The translations under genes and the position numbers were made by a program. From the IMG/VR virus record IMGVR_UViG_3300045988_142085, positions 128,001 through 192,000 of that record: DNA of 64,000 nt; one strand, given 5' to 3'. The stretch's first letter is position 1, and every line of letters starts with the position of its first letter. The notes beneath the pieces are model-generated. The model saw only the letters and a program-made list of their open reading frames with translations, did no database searches and was not told where the DNA came from. The DNA is from a virus. Below are positions 37,428 to 48,874 of this stretch, one piece after another.

Positions 37428-40400
37428 ATTTAATTTTAACTCCTAAGACTGTTTCTTCGTAATTTCTACGCGCTCTTCCTTTAACGATAATTTCTTCAAG
37501 AGCAGGCCATCTCATTTTTTCAATAACTCTCTTATCGCTAATCCAATAACCATTCTTATCATTTAAATAATGAGAACCTCCGACAGCATTACTAATATCT
37601 CTTGAAGGTTTATAATAGCTATCTTCTAATGTTATTGTTAATTTCTTTATTTTTATATCGGATAAGTTTATCGATTTATCGAATAGATAGTATCGATAAT
37701 TTGGAACCAGTATTTCTAGTTCTAAATTATTTATAACGCCTTCGGACTCTTCTTTTGTAAAGTATGAATTATAATAGCCATTAGATTTACCAAGAAAATC
37801 TTCAATAAAATAACTTGTAGGTTTAATAAAATCATAATCATCATTTATCGGGAAGAATTTGAAATTATCTTTTTTCGCAAAGAAAGACATTTTAGGATTA
37901 CCGATGTCTAAATGATTTTTATCGGCGGTGTATCCATATTTTTCACAATAGAAATATTGCAAATTTGGAGCAATAACAATATAATTATCGTTATTACTTT
38001 TCATTAAATCTACATTAAAAACTTTATCTGTAAATTCTAATATTTCTAACGAAGTAGATCTTATATTGATTTTATTAAATTTCTGATAATAGAACGATGC
38101 AGCAATAAGTATATTGCTATTAATATTTAACTCTTTAATATTCTTATTATCACGGAAAGTTGAATATGGAATATTGACGAATCGATTTATTATCTTATCG
38201 ATTTCTTGTTGACTTATATTTGAATTAGCAAATACAGAATCATTTAATGTAATACCTTGATCATCTTGTGGATTTGTTAAACCAAGAAAACTTTTATCTA
38301 GATTAATTTGATTACCCAAATGATCGATGGTTATATTTCTGTTTTTGTAAACAAAAGATAGACCGTCAGAAGAATTGTAGAAAGAAGCATATCTAAAATT
38401 ATCTATATAATTTAAATTAACGTCTGCTTTTAAAAGTTTTGCTCCTCTAAAGAATTCTGCCGGGATAACATTAGTTGCGCATAAGACAAAGTCTAAATTA
38501 TCTATTGTTTTTAAGTTTTGGCAATCATCAAATGGTTCAACAGCAGTATTTCTGTATGTATTTTTTAAGTCTACAGTCGCTAAATATACACTAGGGAAAG
38601 TTATTTTTTTAACGCTTGAAGATTCAAAATCATGTGTATACAAATAATAATTTGTAAAATAAGATAAATCTATTTCTTTTAATTTTCTTGTAAATCTAAA
38701 ATGCCCGAAAAGATCATACCTGCCAATGCCGTCATTAATAATTTTATTTTTATTTAAATTATGCTTTGTAAAATAAAGATCGTAATTTATAGTTAACCCT
38801 AAATAAGTATCGTTATGCTTATTATCATATCTTATCGGATTATGATTTTCATCGACAAATGTTACGCTATCGCAATTATAATCAATTTGTTCGACGGAAG
38901 AATAATTAAAGAATACATCAGATATACCAATATCTTTAGTCGAAGTTAATAAAACCTTAAACGGATCTGAAAGATAATTTGGCAATGGACAAATTTGTTC
39001 GACAATATCTAAATCTTCTTTTATTGGATTTTTTATTGTAGTAAGTCCACTAGAATTACCTAAGAATGGATTATATTTTCTATTCCCAAATTCAAATGTA
39101 TTTGAAGTCCCAATATTAAATGCTGTTATGCCAAAATTAATTGGATACCGAAAAGCATTATCTCCAATATTGTGTAATCTACCATAATTAAAGAAAATTG
39201 AAGAATAATAAGAATTACAAAGAGCACCTTCTCCAATAGAATCTAATTTGTCAGTATAAATAAGATTATTATAAAACCAAACATTTTTATTTGAGTTAAA
39301 GTTACTCGGAATATTTTTCATCTTACAGAATAAAAGTTGATTCTTAGAAGATATTGGATATATTTCAGGATAAAATGAATGAGTCTCGTTAGGATAATAT
39401 TCTTTAAAGATCTTCTTTATTTTTTCTTTCCAATCTAAAGAATTTATCTTATTTCCAATAATGATATCGTCAATATTATCTTGTTCGATATCTAAAACAA
39501 TCGTGTCGTCAACAGTATAATAATCTTCAAAATATCCAGTAGAAAGAATAGAATAAGAAGCATTTAGATAAGCAAACATTTGTGGATACAACAATAAGTT
39601 ATGTTTAAATGTAAGAACTGGAGCTTTCCCATTATCGTCAAATATTTTATTTCCGTAATAAAGATAATTACTCCATATTTCACGAATATCGACGATATGT
39701 TTTGGCAATTCTAAATTATATTTAGTTCTAACTTTAGAAATAAATTCATCACTTTTTTGTTCTGATTCTCTTCTATCTTCTTCTGTGTTATCGCCAATAT
39801 ATTTTGTAAACTTATAAGCAGCAACTATTATTTGCAAAAATAAATTAGGATGAATATACTTTATATGGTCATTAACTTGTTTATACGTAAATAATTCTTT
39901 TAAAAGTATTCTTTGACTATTTGATTTATTAGAAGCATTATTTACATCTGAATGTTTAATCTTGACTGATCTAAGTTTATTTTGAATATCCTGATAATCA
40001 TTAGACTCCGTAGAATATTCACTAAATTTATCTATATTTTTCCAATGTAAGATAGTTGTCGGAATATTAATATCATTAGTTGCTTTATTGTTAACTTTAA
40101 TATTAATATTTCTATTTTCCATTAAGTCATAGAAATTATCGACTTTAAAAATAAAGTAATAAGATCCATTATTGCCTTCATATGCGTTAGATAAATAATC
40201 ATTAATCGTAGGCAAAACCGTTAACGTTTCTTCGTTCGATAAATCATCTTTACCATAAAATTCCAAATAAGAAGATTTGGAGCCATTAATTTTATCTAAA
40301 AGATTTGACCCAAGATATTTAATAGGCTTAGCATTAGAGCCACCATAAGATAACGTTAAGTTATTTTGAATCTCTGGATGAGTATCGAGAGTTAAGTGAA

Positions 40401-42540
40401 CCCTATCTAAATCTTCTGTTGTCTTGTATATTTTAACTTCTAATACTTGATATGCATCAGAATTATACATATCGGCATATGGATTAATAACGTAAGTATT
40501 TAATAACTCGATCTGATGTTCAGGCAGATGAGCGCCAACTACTGTTCTCGTTATTTCTTGATCGTTATATAACGGATGAGTACAAACAAATTTTACTGTA
40601 TAATCGTTATTCTTTTGTCGGAAAGAATAATAACGACCAGCAAAATAACGCATTGTTTCATTTGATGTCGTGACAATACTATCTGTATTATCTTTAGTTT
40701 TAATTATATTATTGTCTGCATCATATGCTGTAATCGTAGAACCTTTCACATAATCGAATGATACGTCCCAAATTCGGTTATTAAACGTTACGTTATTTAC
40801 ATTAAAAGGAGTCGGTGCATTTACTTTTTTATATCCTTCAACAGTAACTGTTTTAGACTCTGGAACTTTATTAGTTTTATTAGCTTCGACAGTAAAGGTT
40901 TTAACCTCGGGATAATAAAATAACGGAATTCTATAAACATGATCTTCTACAGATAAGTTGCTCGGAACTCTCGTATGAATAATTGTCCCAGACGCGTCTT
41001 TAACAACGATAGTAGAACCTGATTCTGCCTGGATGTCTAAAGCTTTCGTGCCTTCATATTCACCAGTTAAGCCATCTCTTCCGTCGACTACACTAACACT
41101 AAGAGGCGTTCTAGGAGTATGAAGTAATATTTCGATATTTTTACTAATTGTATTATCTGCTTTATCGTTAGAAACTGTTGCCGTATATGTTTCAGCTCGT
41201 TCTGCTAAAGGAATATTTACTATATATTTACCGTTATCGTCAACAACAATATCTCTAGCTATTACTCCACCAGAGCCAGGGCCAATACCCATAATAGTAA
41301 CTTTTGATCCAGGTAATGTTGTCACAGTAACTTTTGTCCCGGCAGGTGTCGTGACATAATCGATATCGGCCGTTAAAATAATTTTTCGACGATCGACAAC
41401 TAAAGTCTTTTCTTTACTTAACCCATTACTAGGATTACGAACTATAACAGTAATTTCATATTGATCTTCTTCACGAGGTAAATTATATTGAACTCCCATA
41501 CCAATATTTTGAGAAGCATATAATTTTTTACCGTCACGTTTAAATGTTACGGTATTACCGATTTGAGTTTTTACAGAAGCTCTAGCCATTAGAGAATTAG
41601 GATATAACATTTCAGCATCTAATGTTAGCTTATCTGTTTCAGTTTGAGTGCCTTTAATTAATGCTTTACTATAGTTAGTTTGATAACCAAAGTAAGTCGA
41701 GAAAAGATTTAAATAATAATCGTGTACTTTACGCGGCACTTTAAATTTAGTAATGCTACGTTTAGTAGTATCGTTAAAATATTCGTCTCGACGATGTGTC
41801 GCAATTAATCGAGATTTCTTAGTCGTGAAAACTGTAACTTCGGCATGTGCAGGATCATCGGCTGGATAAGAAACTGTGTAACTCATCGGTGTAATCGCTA
41901 AACCGTCTTCAGAAACATTTTCTGCCGTATTGATCCAAATGTCTTTATCTTCGAAGAACCAAGGGTGTCTTTCTTGAATAAAGATAAACGGATATAATTC
42001 GCTCAAACGTTCATAATTAATATATCGAACTGTAACAGTAGAACCTAATCGGATATCGTCAGCATCGATTTGGAAATACTTCATATTAATTTCTTCGAGG
42101 CTATCGTCTAAAGTGTTACATCTTACAGTATCGTTAATTAATACTTCTAATTGATTTGTTCCTGGAATATATAATCCAGAGCCAACTTTAAATTGTGCTT
42201 TACCGTCGATTAATTTACCGATACGAGTAATTTCTTCACGGTCATGATAATAAAATCGATTATGTTCTAGTTCGAATTTAACGATTGTATAATATTCGAC
42301 ATTGATTACGGCGTCTTTAACAAGCTTATCTGTACCATCTTTACGAATACCCATCGGTACCCAGTCAGATTCGCCAGTTAATTTAATACTAAGATTACCA
42401 GTCTTATCGTTTACTAATAACGATCCATCAGGAATATCGGCCCAATAATAGTTATCTTTTTCGCTATCAGTAATAATAATAGCTGTATCTTTACTTATGC
42501 TGTATTCATTTAATTTTCGAATACCCCAAGTAGGTTTCAT
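37420..42540 (-). CDS. Giant baseplate/fibre protein sharing the N-terminal module (1706 aa)
   Basis: N-terminal NYYWADIPDGSLLVNDKTGNLSIKLTGESDWVPMG and FKVGSGLYIPGTNQLEVLINDTVRCN. Very long Asn/Tyr-rich remainder. Confidence 0.5.
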   Translation of the reverse strand: MKPTWGIRKLNEYSISKDTAIIITDSEKDNYYWADIPDGSLLVNDKTGNLSIKLTGESDWVPMGIRKDGTDKLVKDAVINVEYYTIVKFELEHNRFYYHDREEITRIGKLIDGKAQFKVGSGLYIPGTNQLEVLINDTVRCNTLDDSLEEINMKYFQIDADDIRLGSTVTVRYINYERLSELYPFIFIQERHPWFFEDKDIWINTAENVSEDGLAITPMSYTVSYPADDPAHAEVTVFTTKKSRLIATHRRDEYFNDTTKRSITKFKVPRKVHDYYLNLFSTYFGYQTNYSKALIKGTQTETDKLTLDAEMLYPNSLMARASVKTQIGNTVTFKRDGKKLYASQNIGMGVQYNLPREEDQYEITVIVRNPSNGLSKEKTLVVDRRKIILTADIDYVTTPAGTKVTVTTLPGSKVTIMGIGPGSGGVIARDIVVDDNGKYIVNIPLAERAETYTATVSNDKADNTISKNIEILLHTPRTPLSVSVVDGRDGLTGEYEGTKALDIQAESGSTIVVKDASGTIIHTRVPSNLSVEDHVYRIPLFYYPEVKTFTVEANKTNKVPESKTVTVEGYKKVNAPTPFNVNNVTFNNRIWDVSFDYVKGSTITAYDADNNIIKTKDNTDSIVTTSNETMRYFAGRYYSFRQKNNDYTVKFVCTHPLYNDQEITRTVVGAHLPEHQIELLNTYVINPYADMYNSDAYQVLEVKIYKTTEDLDRVHLTLDTHPEIQNNLTLSYGGSNAKPIKYLGSNLLDKINGSKSSYLEFYGKDDLSNEETLTVLPTINDYLSNAYEGNNGSYYFIFKVDNFYDLMENRNINIKVNNKATNDINIPTTILHWKNIDKFSEYSTESNDYQDIQNKLRSVKIKHSDVNNASNKSNSQRILLKELFTYKQVNDHIKYIHPNLFLQIIVAAYKFTKYIGDNTEEDRRESEQKSDEFISKVRTKYNLELPKHIVDIREIWSNYLYYGNKIFDDNGKAPVLTFKHNLLLYPQMFAYLNASYSILSTGYFEDYYTVDDTIVLDIEQDNIDDIIIGNKINSLDWKEKIKKIFKEYYPNETHSFYPEIYPISSKNQLLFCKMKNIPSNFNSNKNVWFYNNLIYTDKLDSIGEGALCNSYYSSIFFNYGRLHNIGDNAFRYPINFGITAFNIGTSNTFEFGNRKYNPFLGNSSGLTTIKNPIKEDLDIVEQICPLPNYLSDPFKVLLTSTKDIGISDVFFNYSSVEQIDYNCDSVTFVDENHNPIRYDNKHNDTYLGLTINYDLYFTKHNLNKNKIINDGIGRYDLFGHFRFTRKLKEIDLSYFTNYYLYTHDFESSSVKKITFPSVYLATVDLKNTYRNTAVEPFDDCQNLKTIDNLDFVLCATNVIPAEFFRGAKLLKADVNLNYIDNFRYASFYNSSDGLSFVYKNRNITIDHLGNQINLDKSFLGLTNPQDDQGITLNDSVFANSNISQQEIDKIINRFVNIPYSTFRDNKNIKELNINSNILIAASFYYQKFNKINIRSTSLEILEFTDKVFNVDLMKSNNDNYIVIAPNLQYFYCEKYGYTADKNHLDIGNPKMSFFAKKDNFKFFPINDDYDFIKPTSYFIEDFLGKSNGYYNSYFTKEESEGVINNLELEILVPNYRYYLFDKSINLSDIKIKKLTITLEDSYYKPSRDISNAVGGSHYLNDKNGYWISDKRVIEKMRWPALEEIIVKGRARRNYEETVLGVKIKYV

Positions 42541-42555
42541 TATTTAAAGGCCTCC

Positions 42556-42990
42556 TTAATAATACACGATATCACAAGTTAATTCTTTAAGGTCGTTAAT
42601 TTTATATTTAACGTCTTTAGGTAATTCTATTACGATATTAAAATCATAATAATTATGTTCGCTATCTCCTTTATTCGGAGCGCCACTAAGTACGACTTCG
42701 TTAGTTAAGTTAACTGTTAATGTATCACTTAAACGAGTTGTCGGTAACTCAGTAGAATCTGCATTTAAGATTTTAATATAATCTAGCAATACAGAATCTT
42801 CAATATCGGTGAAATAAAAATTAACACCGAAGTTTTTTAGGTCTGGTTGTTTCTCGATACCCATATAATTATTATATAGCCGAACCGGAATTACAGTACG
42901 AGAAGCCGAAGTAATAACTCCGGCTTTATAAGTACTATAAATATTAAATTCTTGTTCGTCGAGAACCATCCATGTCAATGTATTTTGCAT
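42556..42990 (-). CDS. Hypothetical small structural protein
   Basis: 144-aa ORF between large structural genes. Confidence 0.4.
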   Translation of the reverse strand: MQNTLTWMVLDEQEFNIYSTYKAGVITSASRTVIPVRLYNNYMGIEKQPDLKNFGVNFYFTDIEDSVLLDYIKILNADSTELPTTRLSDTLTVNLTNEVVLSGAPNKGDSEHNYYDFNIVIELPKDVKYKINDLKELTCDIVYY

Positions 42991-42993
42991 GAA

Positions 42994-45102
42994 TTACGCT
43001 CCAAAGGAAATAACCATAAATTTAAGTTTTCTTGTATTTCTAATTAGTCCGGCCGATAATTTAATTTTATTATTATCGACATAGACATAATCAGTACCAT
43101 AATTTAAGATCGTACTAATATTAACGTTATCGATTTTATTGTTGCCGACGTATTGATCAAGCAATACAAACGATAATTGTTTATCGGTAACTGTATGCTG
43201 TAATGGGTAAATCGTGCTAGTCGGATCGATCGTGATCTCATATTGTTGAATAGTTTTAAATAAACCATTCTTAACTTCGTCATCCAGCATAGACTTAGTA
43301 ATCTTTTCACTACGTTTAATAAAGTTATCTGTATTAAGTGTCGACGTTTTAAGATCTTGAATCGTCGTTTGCATTGCCGTAATTGCAGGATCGATAGAGT
43401 CTGTAATACGACTATATTTATTGTCGACTGCCGTAATCAAATCTTTAGTTTCTTTAATACCGTTTTGAGCATTAGTAATAATAGATTCTAATTGTTCGTA
43501 AGACCAAGTGTAATGAGAAATCCGATAAATGATGCGGTCGCCATATTTTAAGTTTACGTTATTATTAATAATAAACTTATTCGTTAATGTCGGATTAGGA
43601 TTGTCTTCAGTCGGAACTGGAAGTACTTCACTAAAGTCGACTTCATCAGAAGATCCATTATGTAACTTAATTCCGTTTAAGAATACTTCGATTTGTTGTT
43701 TTCCGTATTCATAATATGTCGGCAACTTAATTACTCGAGTATTGTTAGGATAAGAATCTTCGTTATAAATAATACGTTTCTCTTCGACGAACACTGCAGC
43801 ACGTTGAAAGACACCAGATTCTTTACCTTTTTTAATTGTATGACGAACGTTAACCTGTACGACAGTCGGCTCATTTAATGCATAATTTAATTTAAAGCCG
43901 ACACCCTTTACGATATCGCTCATTTTATATTTTGCACTATCCGGCACAATTAAATGTTTACCGTTAGCATCTTGTTCTTTAAGCATGACCATTTCAATGT
44001 ATTGGTCTTTCATAATATATCCTTGATCGATATATACGTCTAAAGAATTAGATCTCGGGATAAAGAACATATTAACATCGTCTTCATCGAATATGAATGT
44101 TTGCTTTTCGTTTTCTTCGTCGGTTAAATTTTCATCTGGAATGAATAATTTAGTTTCATGAAGATCCATCGTACTGTGTTCATTTACTGGAACCCATTGA
44201 TAATCTTCGCCGTTAAATTGTCGCCAAATATATAAAATATTTGTATCGCTATCATACCATAAATCATTCGGCTCAGGTCGTTCTGGTTGGACAAAGTAAA
44301 TAAATTTACGTTGGTTCTTAGAATATAATTTACCGTAGAAATAAATATCGCCAAATTCATCGACATAAATAGCTCGAGTATTTCTATTGTCATAGAAGAA
44401 CTTAACAGAAATACCTGTTTCATCGACGATCCAATAAGCCCAACCTAATACGATATCGCCAGCGTCTTCAAAGTTTTGCATTGGCGGGAATGCCGGCGAT
44501 GCTGAGAAGATACCATAATGATATTTAGGATACAACTCTGGAGTCTTGTCGTTATAAGTAATTGTATCGATATGAGATGATGCATAGTTATATACGACAC
44601 CAACTTTTCTACCGACATTAGCTTCTGGGTCTACGACATGAATAATTTGCTTATTAATAGAGGCTATTTGTAGAGTTTCTTGAGTTTCTAAATCGTATAC
44701 TCGAAACTCTTTTAAATCTGGAAGTTCACCTTGAACTCCGGAGATATATGCTACTTGTTTTAATTGAGATGGAGCATATACTGGAAAACGTAATGTAATC
44801 TGTCCACTAGCATCGAGCGTAAATTTTTCAAAATACTGAATAGCCTGTGGAGCACCTACATTAATGGACGCAGCGTCAAGATTAATTCGATGGCCTTTTT
44901 TGTTGATTAATTCACCAGCTGCTACATCGATAATAAACTCATCGCCACGTCGAGAGCATTCAAAACCGGACACAACGCCCCAGCCAGCGGACTGAAGACG
45001 TTCTGTGTCGATCCAATCTTGAATCATTTCAAAATTGTCGTTAATAGGTTTAGCTTTTACGCCTTTGGTAAAATCAACCTTTGTTAAATAATTTTGTGCC
45101 AT
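42994..45102 (-). CDS. Large baseplate structural protein (702 aa)
   Basis: Long ORF in a coupled array, no diagnostic motif. Confidence 0.45.
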   Translation of the reverse strand: MAQNYLTKVDFTKGVKAKPINDNFEMIQDWIDTERLQSAGWGVVSGFECSRRGDEFIIDVAAGELINKKGHRINLDAASINVGAPQAIQYFEKFTLDASGQITLRFPVYAPSQLKQVAYISGVQGELPDLKEFRVYDLETQETLQIASINKQIIHVVDPEANVGRKVGVVYNYASSHIDTITYNDKTPELYPKYHYGIFSASPAFPPMQNFEDAGDIVLGWAYWIVDETGISVKFFYDNRNTRAIYVDEFGDIYFYGKLYSKNQRKFIYFVQPERPEPNDLWYDSDTNILYIWRQFNGEDYQWVPVNEHSTMDLHETKLFIPDENLTDEENEKQTFIFDEDDVNMFFIPRSNSLDVYIDQGYIMKDQYIEMVMLKEQDANGKHLIVPDSAKYKMSDIVKGVGFKLNYALNEPTVVQVNVRHTIKKGKESGVFQRAAVFVEEKRIIYNEDSYPNNTRVIKLPTYYEYGKQQIEVFLNGIKLHNGSSDEVDFSEVLPVPTEDNPNPTLTNKFIINNNVNLKYGDRIIYRISHYTWSYEQLESIITNAQNGIKETKDLITAVDNKYSRITDSIDPAITAMQTTIQDLKTSTLNTDNFIKRSEKITKSMLDDEVKNGLFKTIQQYEITIDPTSTIYPLQHTVTDKQLSFVLLDQYVGNNKIDNVNISTILNYGTDYVYVDNNKIKLSAGLIRNTRKLKFMVISFGA

Positions 45103-45105
45103 TTA

Positions 45106-46794
45106 TTAATCCTTGAATAATAATACTGCTGCTTCCGACGAAGAAATATGTTTGTCAATTTGTTCCTGTAACTGGTCTCTATAGCTTTCATATTTTTTAG
45201 GTAATGTGATTACCATAGAAGTACCAATTCTGTACGGTCTGCCAAGTATATTACCAGTATCGATATATTCGTAATTGTCGAATTTACTAGATCCGCCACC
45301 AATTATTCTGGTATCAGTTGGCTCGATTTTTGTATCGAGCTTAATAATTATATTGGCAATTTTAATATCGTTAGATGGCTCATCTGTCGGTAACACATAA
45401 AATCTTTGGTCTTTTAATATACCGGTATTCGTCATATATAAACTATAATTAGTTTTTATATTAGTAATATCGATAACGGTTTCTTCAGATTTAGCGATAT
45501 TATATTTAGAGCTATAATATTGACCGATAATCAACTGAAGTTTTTCCTTGTCATAATTATAACGTATAGTAGGTAACTGTTCAATATTAAATAAAGAATA
45601 GTCGACATTATCGATAAATTTTAATTCTTGATTTACGGTATAAATTAAAGATTCATTATTATCTTTTTTAGGTTCGTCGTCGATTATTTTTTTAAAGTAG
45701 ATGTCACGGGAAGGTGTTGCATAATCGAAGATAACATTCTCATTCGTTGTTTCGACATAAACTAATTTATAATCATGATTATCTAAAGAAGTTAGAGAAG
45801 CTATATCTTTATCTAAATTAATTTGAGGATGTTTCATATTTAATCGATTATTTAAACTATAATAATAGTCGATTAAATTATTAGAAATAAAAGTATTAAT
45901 ATAGCTGTCAGCTTTTTCTGGAGCACGATGATAACCGATGCTATAAGCATAAACAATATTTTCGGCTAAGAACTGAATTAAACGAGGCTCAGTAAAAATT
46001 TCTTTACCACACAATAAAATCGTTTTAAAATTTAATCGATCTTGCATAATCAATATCGGAGTATGATTAATAGTTAACTTAATGTAATCATATGTAGCAC
46101 GAGGGAATACCGACATTTCTAAATCATGATTAAAGATATCCCATGACGGTTCAATTACGTATTCAGATTGATTAAATAAAACAGGTCTTGCTACATCAAA
46201 TATCTTAGGTTTATTATAAAGAATCTTATTACCGTAAGTAGAGTTTACAATATAAATATTGCAATTGTCTTTATAGCCGCCAGCTTTCATTGCCTTTAAG
46301 AATTTATCTTCGCCATTATAATATTTAATATCGGGATTATCGGTTACGCTATTAAACTTAACGTTATTCGGAACAGTAATGCCTTGCAACATTGACTTTA
46401 CTTTTTCTATACCAGTAAAATCGATATTAATATTCCAGCTACGTTCAGAAGAAAACGGAATATTTCTTTGTAAGATATACTTATAACCAAATACTGTCGG
46501 GCGATAAGACGCTTTTTTAGATGTATCTTTTATTGTAATAATGCCGTCTTTATCTAAAAGGTAATCTTTTTGTTCTTTTGCCGGGACATAATTCTCTTTA
46601 AATAAAAGCAAATCTTTATCGATCTTCTGATATAAAGATACAGCTTCTTTTTTATTTAAACTCAATAAATCGTTATTGAATTTAATAACGGTATCCGCAT
46701 AAACAGAGTTATTAGCTAAATAAGATAACGGCATATCTTGATCGTCGAGTAATACAGTATTTGCTATTTTTTTCTTATTTCTATAAATTTTCAT
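45106..46794 (-). CDS. Baseplate/tail structural protein (562 aa)
   Basis: ORF in a coupled array. Confidence 0.45.
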   Translation of the reverse strand: MKIYRNKKKIANTVLLDDQDMPLSYLANNSVYADTVIKFNNDLLSLNKKEAVSLYQKIDKDLLLFKENYVPAKEQKDYLLDKDGIITIKDTSKKASYRPTVFGYKYILQRNIPFSSERSWNINIDFTGIEKVKSMLQGITVPNNVKFNSVTDNPDIKYYNGEDKFLKAMKAGGYKDNCNIYIVNSTYGNKILYNKPKIFDVARPVLFNQSEYVIEPSWDIFNHDLEMSVFPRATYDYIKLTINHTPILIMQDRLNFKTILLCGKEIFTEPRLIQFLAENIVYAYSIGYHRAPEKADSYINTFISNNLIDYYYSLNNRLNMKHPQINLDKDIASLTSLDNHDYKLVYVETTNENVIFDYATPSRDIYFKKIIDDEPKKDNNESLIYTVNQELKFIDNVDYSLFNIEQLPTIRYNYDKEKLQLIIGQYYSSKYNIAKSEETVIDITNIKTNYSLYMTNTGILKDQRFYVLPTDEPSNDIKIANIIIKLDTKIEPTDTRIIGGGSSKFDNYEYIDTGNILGRPYRIGTSMVITLPKKYESYRDQLQEQIDKHISSSEAAVLLFKD

Positions 46795-46798
46795 ACCG

Positions 46799-48874
46799 TT
46801 ACCTCATAACAACATATTCATTTGGAATCATATTTAAATCTGTTATTCTATACTGATCGATAGCTTTAGTTTCTTTATTTTGATCGTAAATAATTTTAAT
46901 ATCTTTTTTATTAGAAGATACTTTTACTTCATAAAGATTAGAAGATTCTTTCCCGATTAATACATTATATTTTAAATCGTTGATACAATAACTATCTGCT
47001 TTTAAATATTCAATAATGTAATATTTATAATTATTATTATGGAGAACGATTTCGTTTCGCCCAAAATCGATATCGAATTGACTATTATCTAACACATCGT
47101 AATTAATAACTGCCATTTTTACATCGGTCGTTTCTTTTTCTTTGCGAACCCGATAGAAATATTTTTCATCGACTTCTTCGTTTGTCGCATATACAATAAT
47201 ATTATTAAACGTATCCAAGATCGGCTTTGCTAATTTTAATTCTTTTTTAGCGTTAGAGAATACTTCACGATTCCAGTTAGTAAATCGATACATATATTCT
47301 TCTGCATGCGGATATACGATAATAATATATTTATATTGTTTTCTTATCTCATTAGAGATATTAATAGAATTATGTTTAATGTCGACATCAGTATTATGAT
47401 TAAAATCTAAATATACATATCCGACATCGGAAAGAATAAACTTATCTAATGTTTTAGCTAACGGATTAACTTCGGTAAACTCTTTAATACCGACTACTTG
47501 TATATCTTCTAATTCATACACGTTAAGTTTTTTAGATAAATTGATCGGTGTATATCGATTAAACATTTCTATTTGAACAGAAGGGATAATAATTTCTCGA
47601 TAAGAAGAACTTAAATCGAGCGGCTCATCATCTTTATCTAAACATAAAATAGGAGACGTCACTTCATCGGTAACATAAGAAACAAATTCGCTAACATTAA
47701 GAATATCTTCGGTTTTATTTTCTTTATTAGTAATAAGCAACTTATATACGTAAGCATCGATATTATAGAACATATCTAAATATCGAGAAGAATATTTATT
47801 TAAATGAACATAACCGCCTAGATATGCAATAGTTAGTGATTCACGATCGTATACGATTCTAACGTCTTCATTTAGAGGAAGTTCAGGAGTATATTCACGG
47901 CCGTCATATTTAAAATAATAATATTTTAATTTGTCGGCAACAGGTAACTTCTGAATATTAATAACGAGTTCTATTCTAGAAATATTATCTAAATCGAAAT
48001 GTAAATAACTTCCTTCTTGTTTAGAACCGCTACCAGATGACGGAACATATTCACTATTTTCATATTCCTGCAATGAAATATTTTTAACGGTACCATTTCT
48101 ACCAGCAAAACGAATAGAAATATCGGCATCTTTTTCAAGAACTATTTTATTGCCGTTTAACAGTTCTTTTTTGTTTATATCTGTACTGTCGCTATTAGAC
48201 TCAAAAACATAAGCAATAATATCGCCTTCAATGTCGGCTTTTAAGTAATACGTTCCCTTTTTAAGCGAGATAAAATCAGTTTCTGTTTCCGCATCATAAG
48301 TACAGTTTTCAAATTGTATTGTATTATCATAATAATAGATCCTACCACCAACAGTACTGATAGAATTAGCAGCCCATCCAATAGGAAGACCAGTTGAGAT
48401 TTTGATAGACTTAATAGTATTTCCATATTGAGAGTAAAATCCTATTTTATAATTATCGATGTCGATTTTAAATTTCTCGATAAATACAACTTTTTCTTTT
48501 TTAGTTTCGAGATAAAAATTAACTTCGTTGTTTATTTTTTCTAAAACTAAAACAGCGTCATTATTATTGATTAAATGTTTAAATTGTACGGTAGAATATT
48601 CTTGAACAGTTTGAGAGCTCGCTCCAAGCATATCTATAATTTTATCGATAACAGAATATTCATTATCGCCAAGTTTAAACATATATTGTTTAGGAGATTT
48701 AAAGATGTCTTCGGCATCTTGAATTAACAAAATGCCGAATCCAGAATTAACATACTTCAGTTGAAGTTCAATTCTACAATCTCCAGAATATAAATAATCG
48801 GCAGTTATAATATCTTGGTCATAAAAATAACACCCATTATTTTTTGTTACACGAGCTTTATTAAAAAATATCAT
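46799..48874 (-). CDS. Baseplate/tail structural protein (691 aa)
   Basis: ATGA-type overlap with the upstream 1695-aa gene. Confidence 0.45.
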   Translation of the reverse strand: MIFFNKARVTKNNGCYFYDQDIITADYLYSGDCRIELQLKYVNSGFGILLIQDAEDIFKSPKQYMFKLGDNEYSVIDKIIDMLGASSQTVQEYSTVQFKHLINNNDAVLVLEKINNEVNFYLETKKEKVVFIEKFKIDIDNYKIGFYSQYGNTIKSIKISTGLPIGWAANSISTVGGRIYYYDNTIQFENCTYDAETETDFISLKKGTYYLKADIEGDIIAYVFESNSDSTDINKKELLNGNKIVLEKDADISIRFAGRNGTVKNISLQEYENSEYVPSSGSGSKQEGSYLHFDLDNISRIELVINIQKLPVADKLKYYYFKYDGREYTPELPLNEDVRIVYDRESLTIAYLGGYVHLNKYSSRYLDMFYNIDAYVYKLLITNKENKTEDILNVSEFVSYVTDEVTSPILCLDKDDEPLDLSSSYREIIIPSVQIEMFNRYTPINLSKKLNVYELEDIQVVGIKEFTEVNPLAKTLDKFILSDVGYVYLDFNHNTDVDIKHNSINISNEIRKQYKYIIIVYPHAEEYMYRFTNWNREVFSNAKKELKLAKPILDTFNNIIVYATNEEVDEKYFYRVRKEKETTDVKMAVINYDVLDNSQFDIDFGRNEIVLHNNNYKYYIIEYLKADSYCINDLKYNVLIGKESSNLYEVKVSSNKKDIKIIYDQNKETKAIDQYRITDLNMIPNEYVVMR

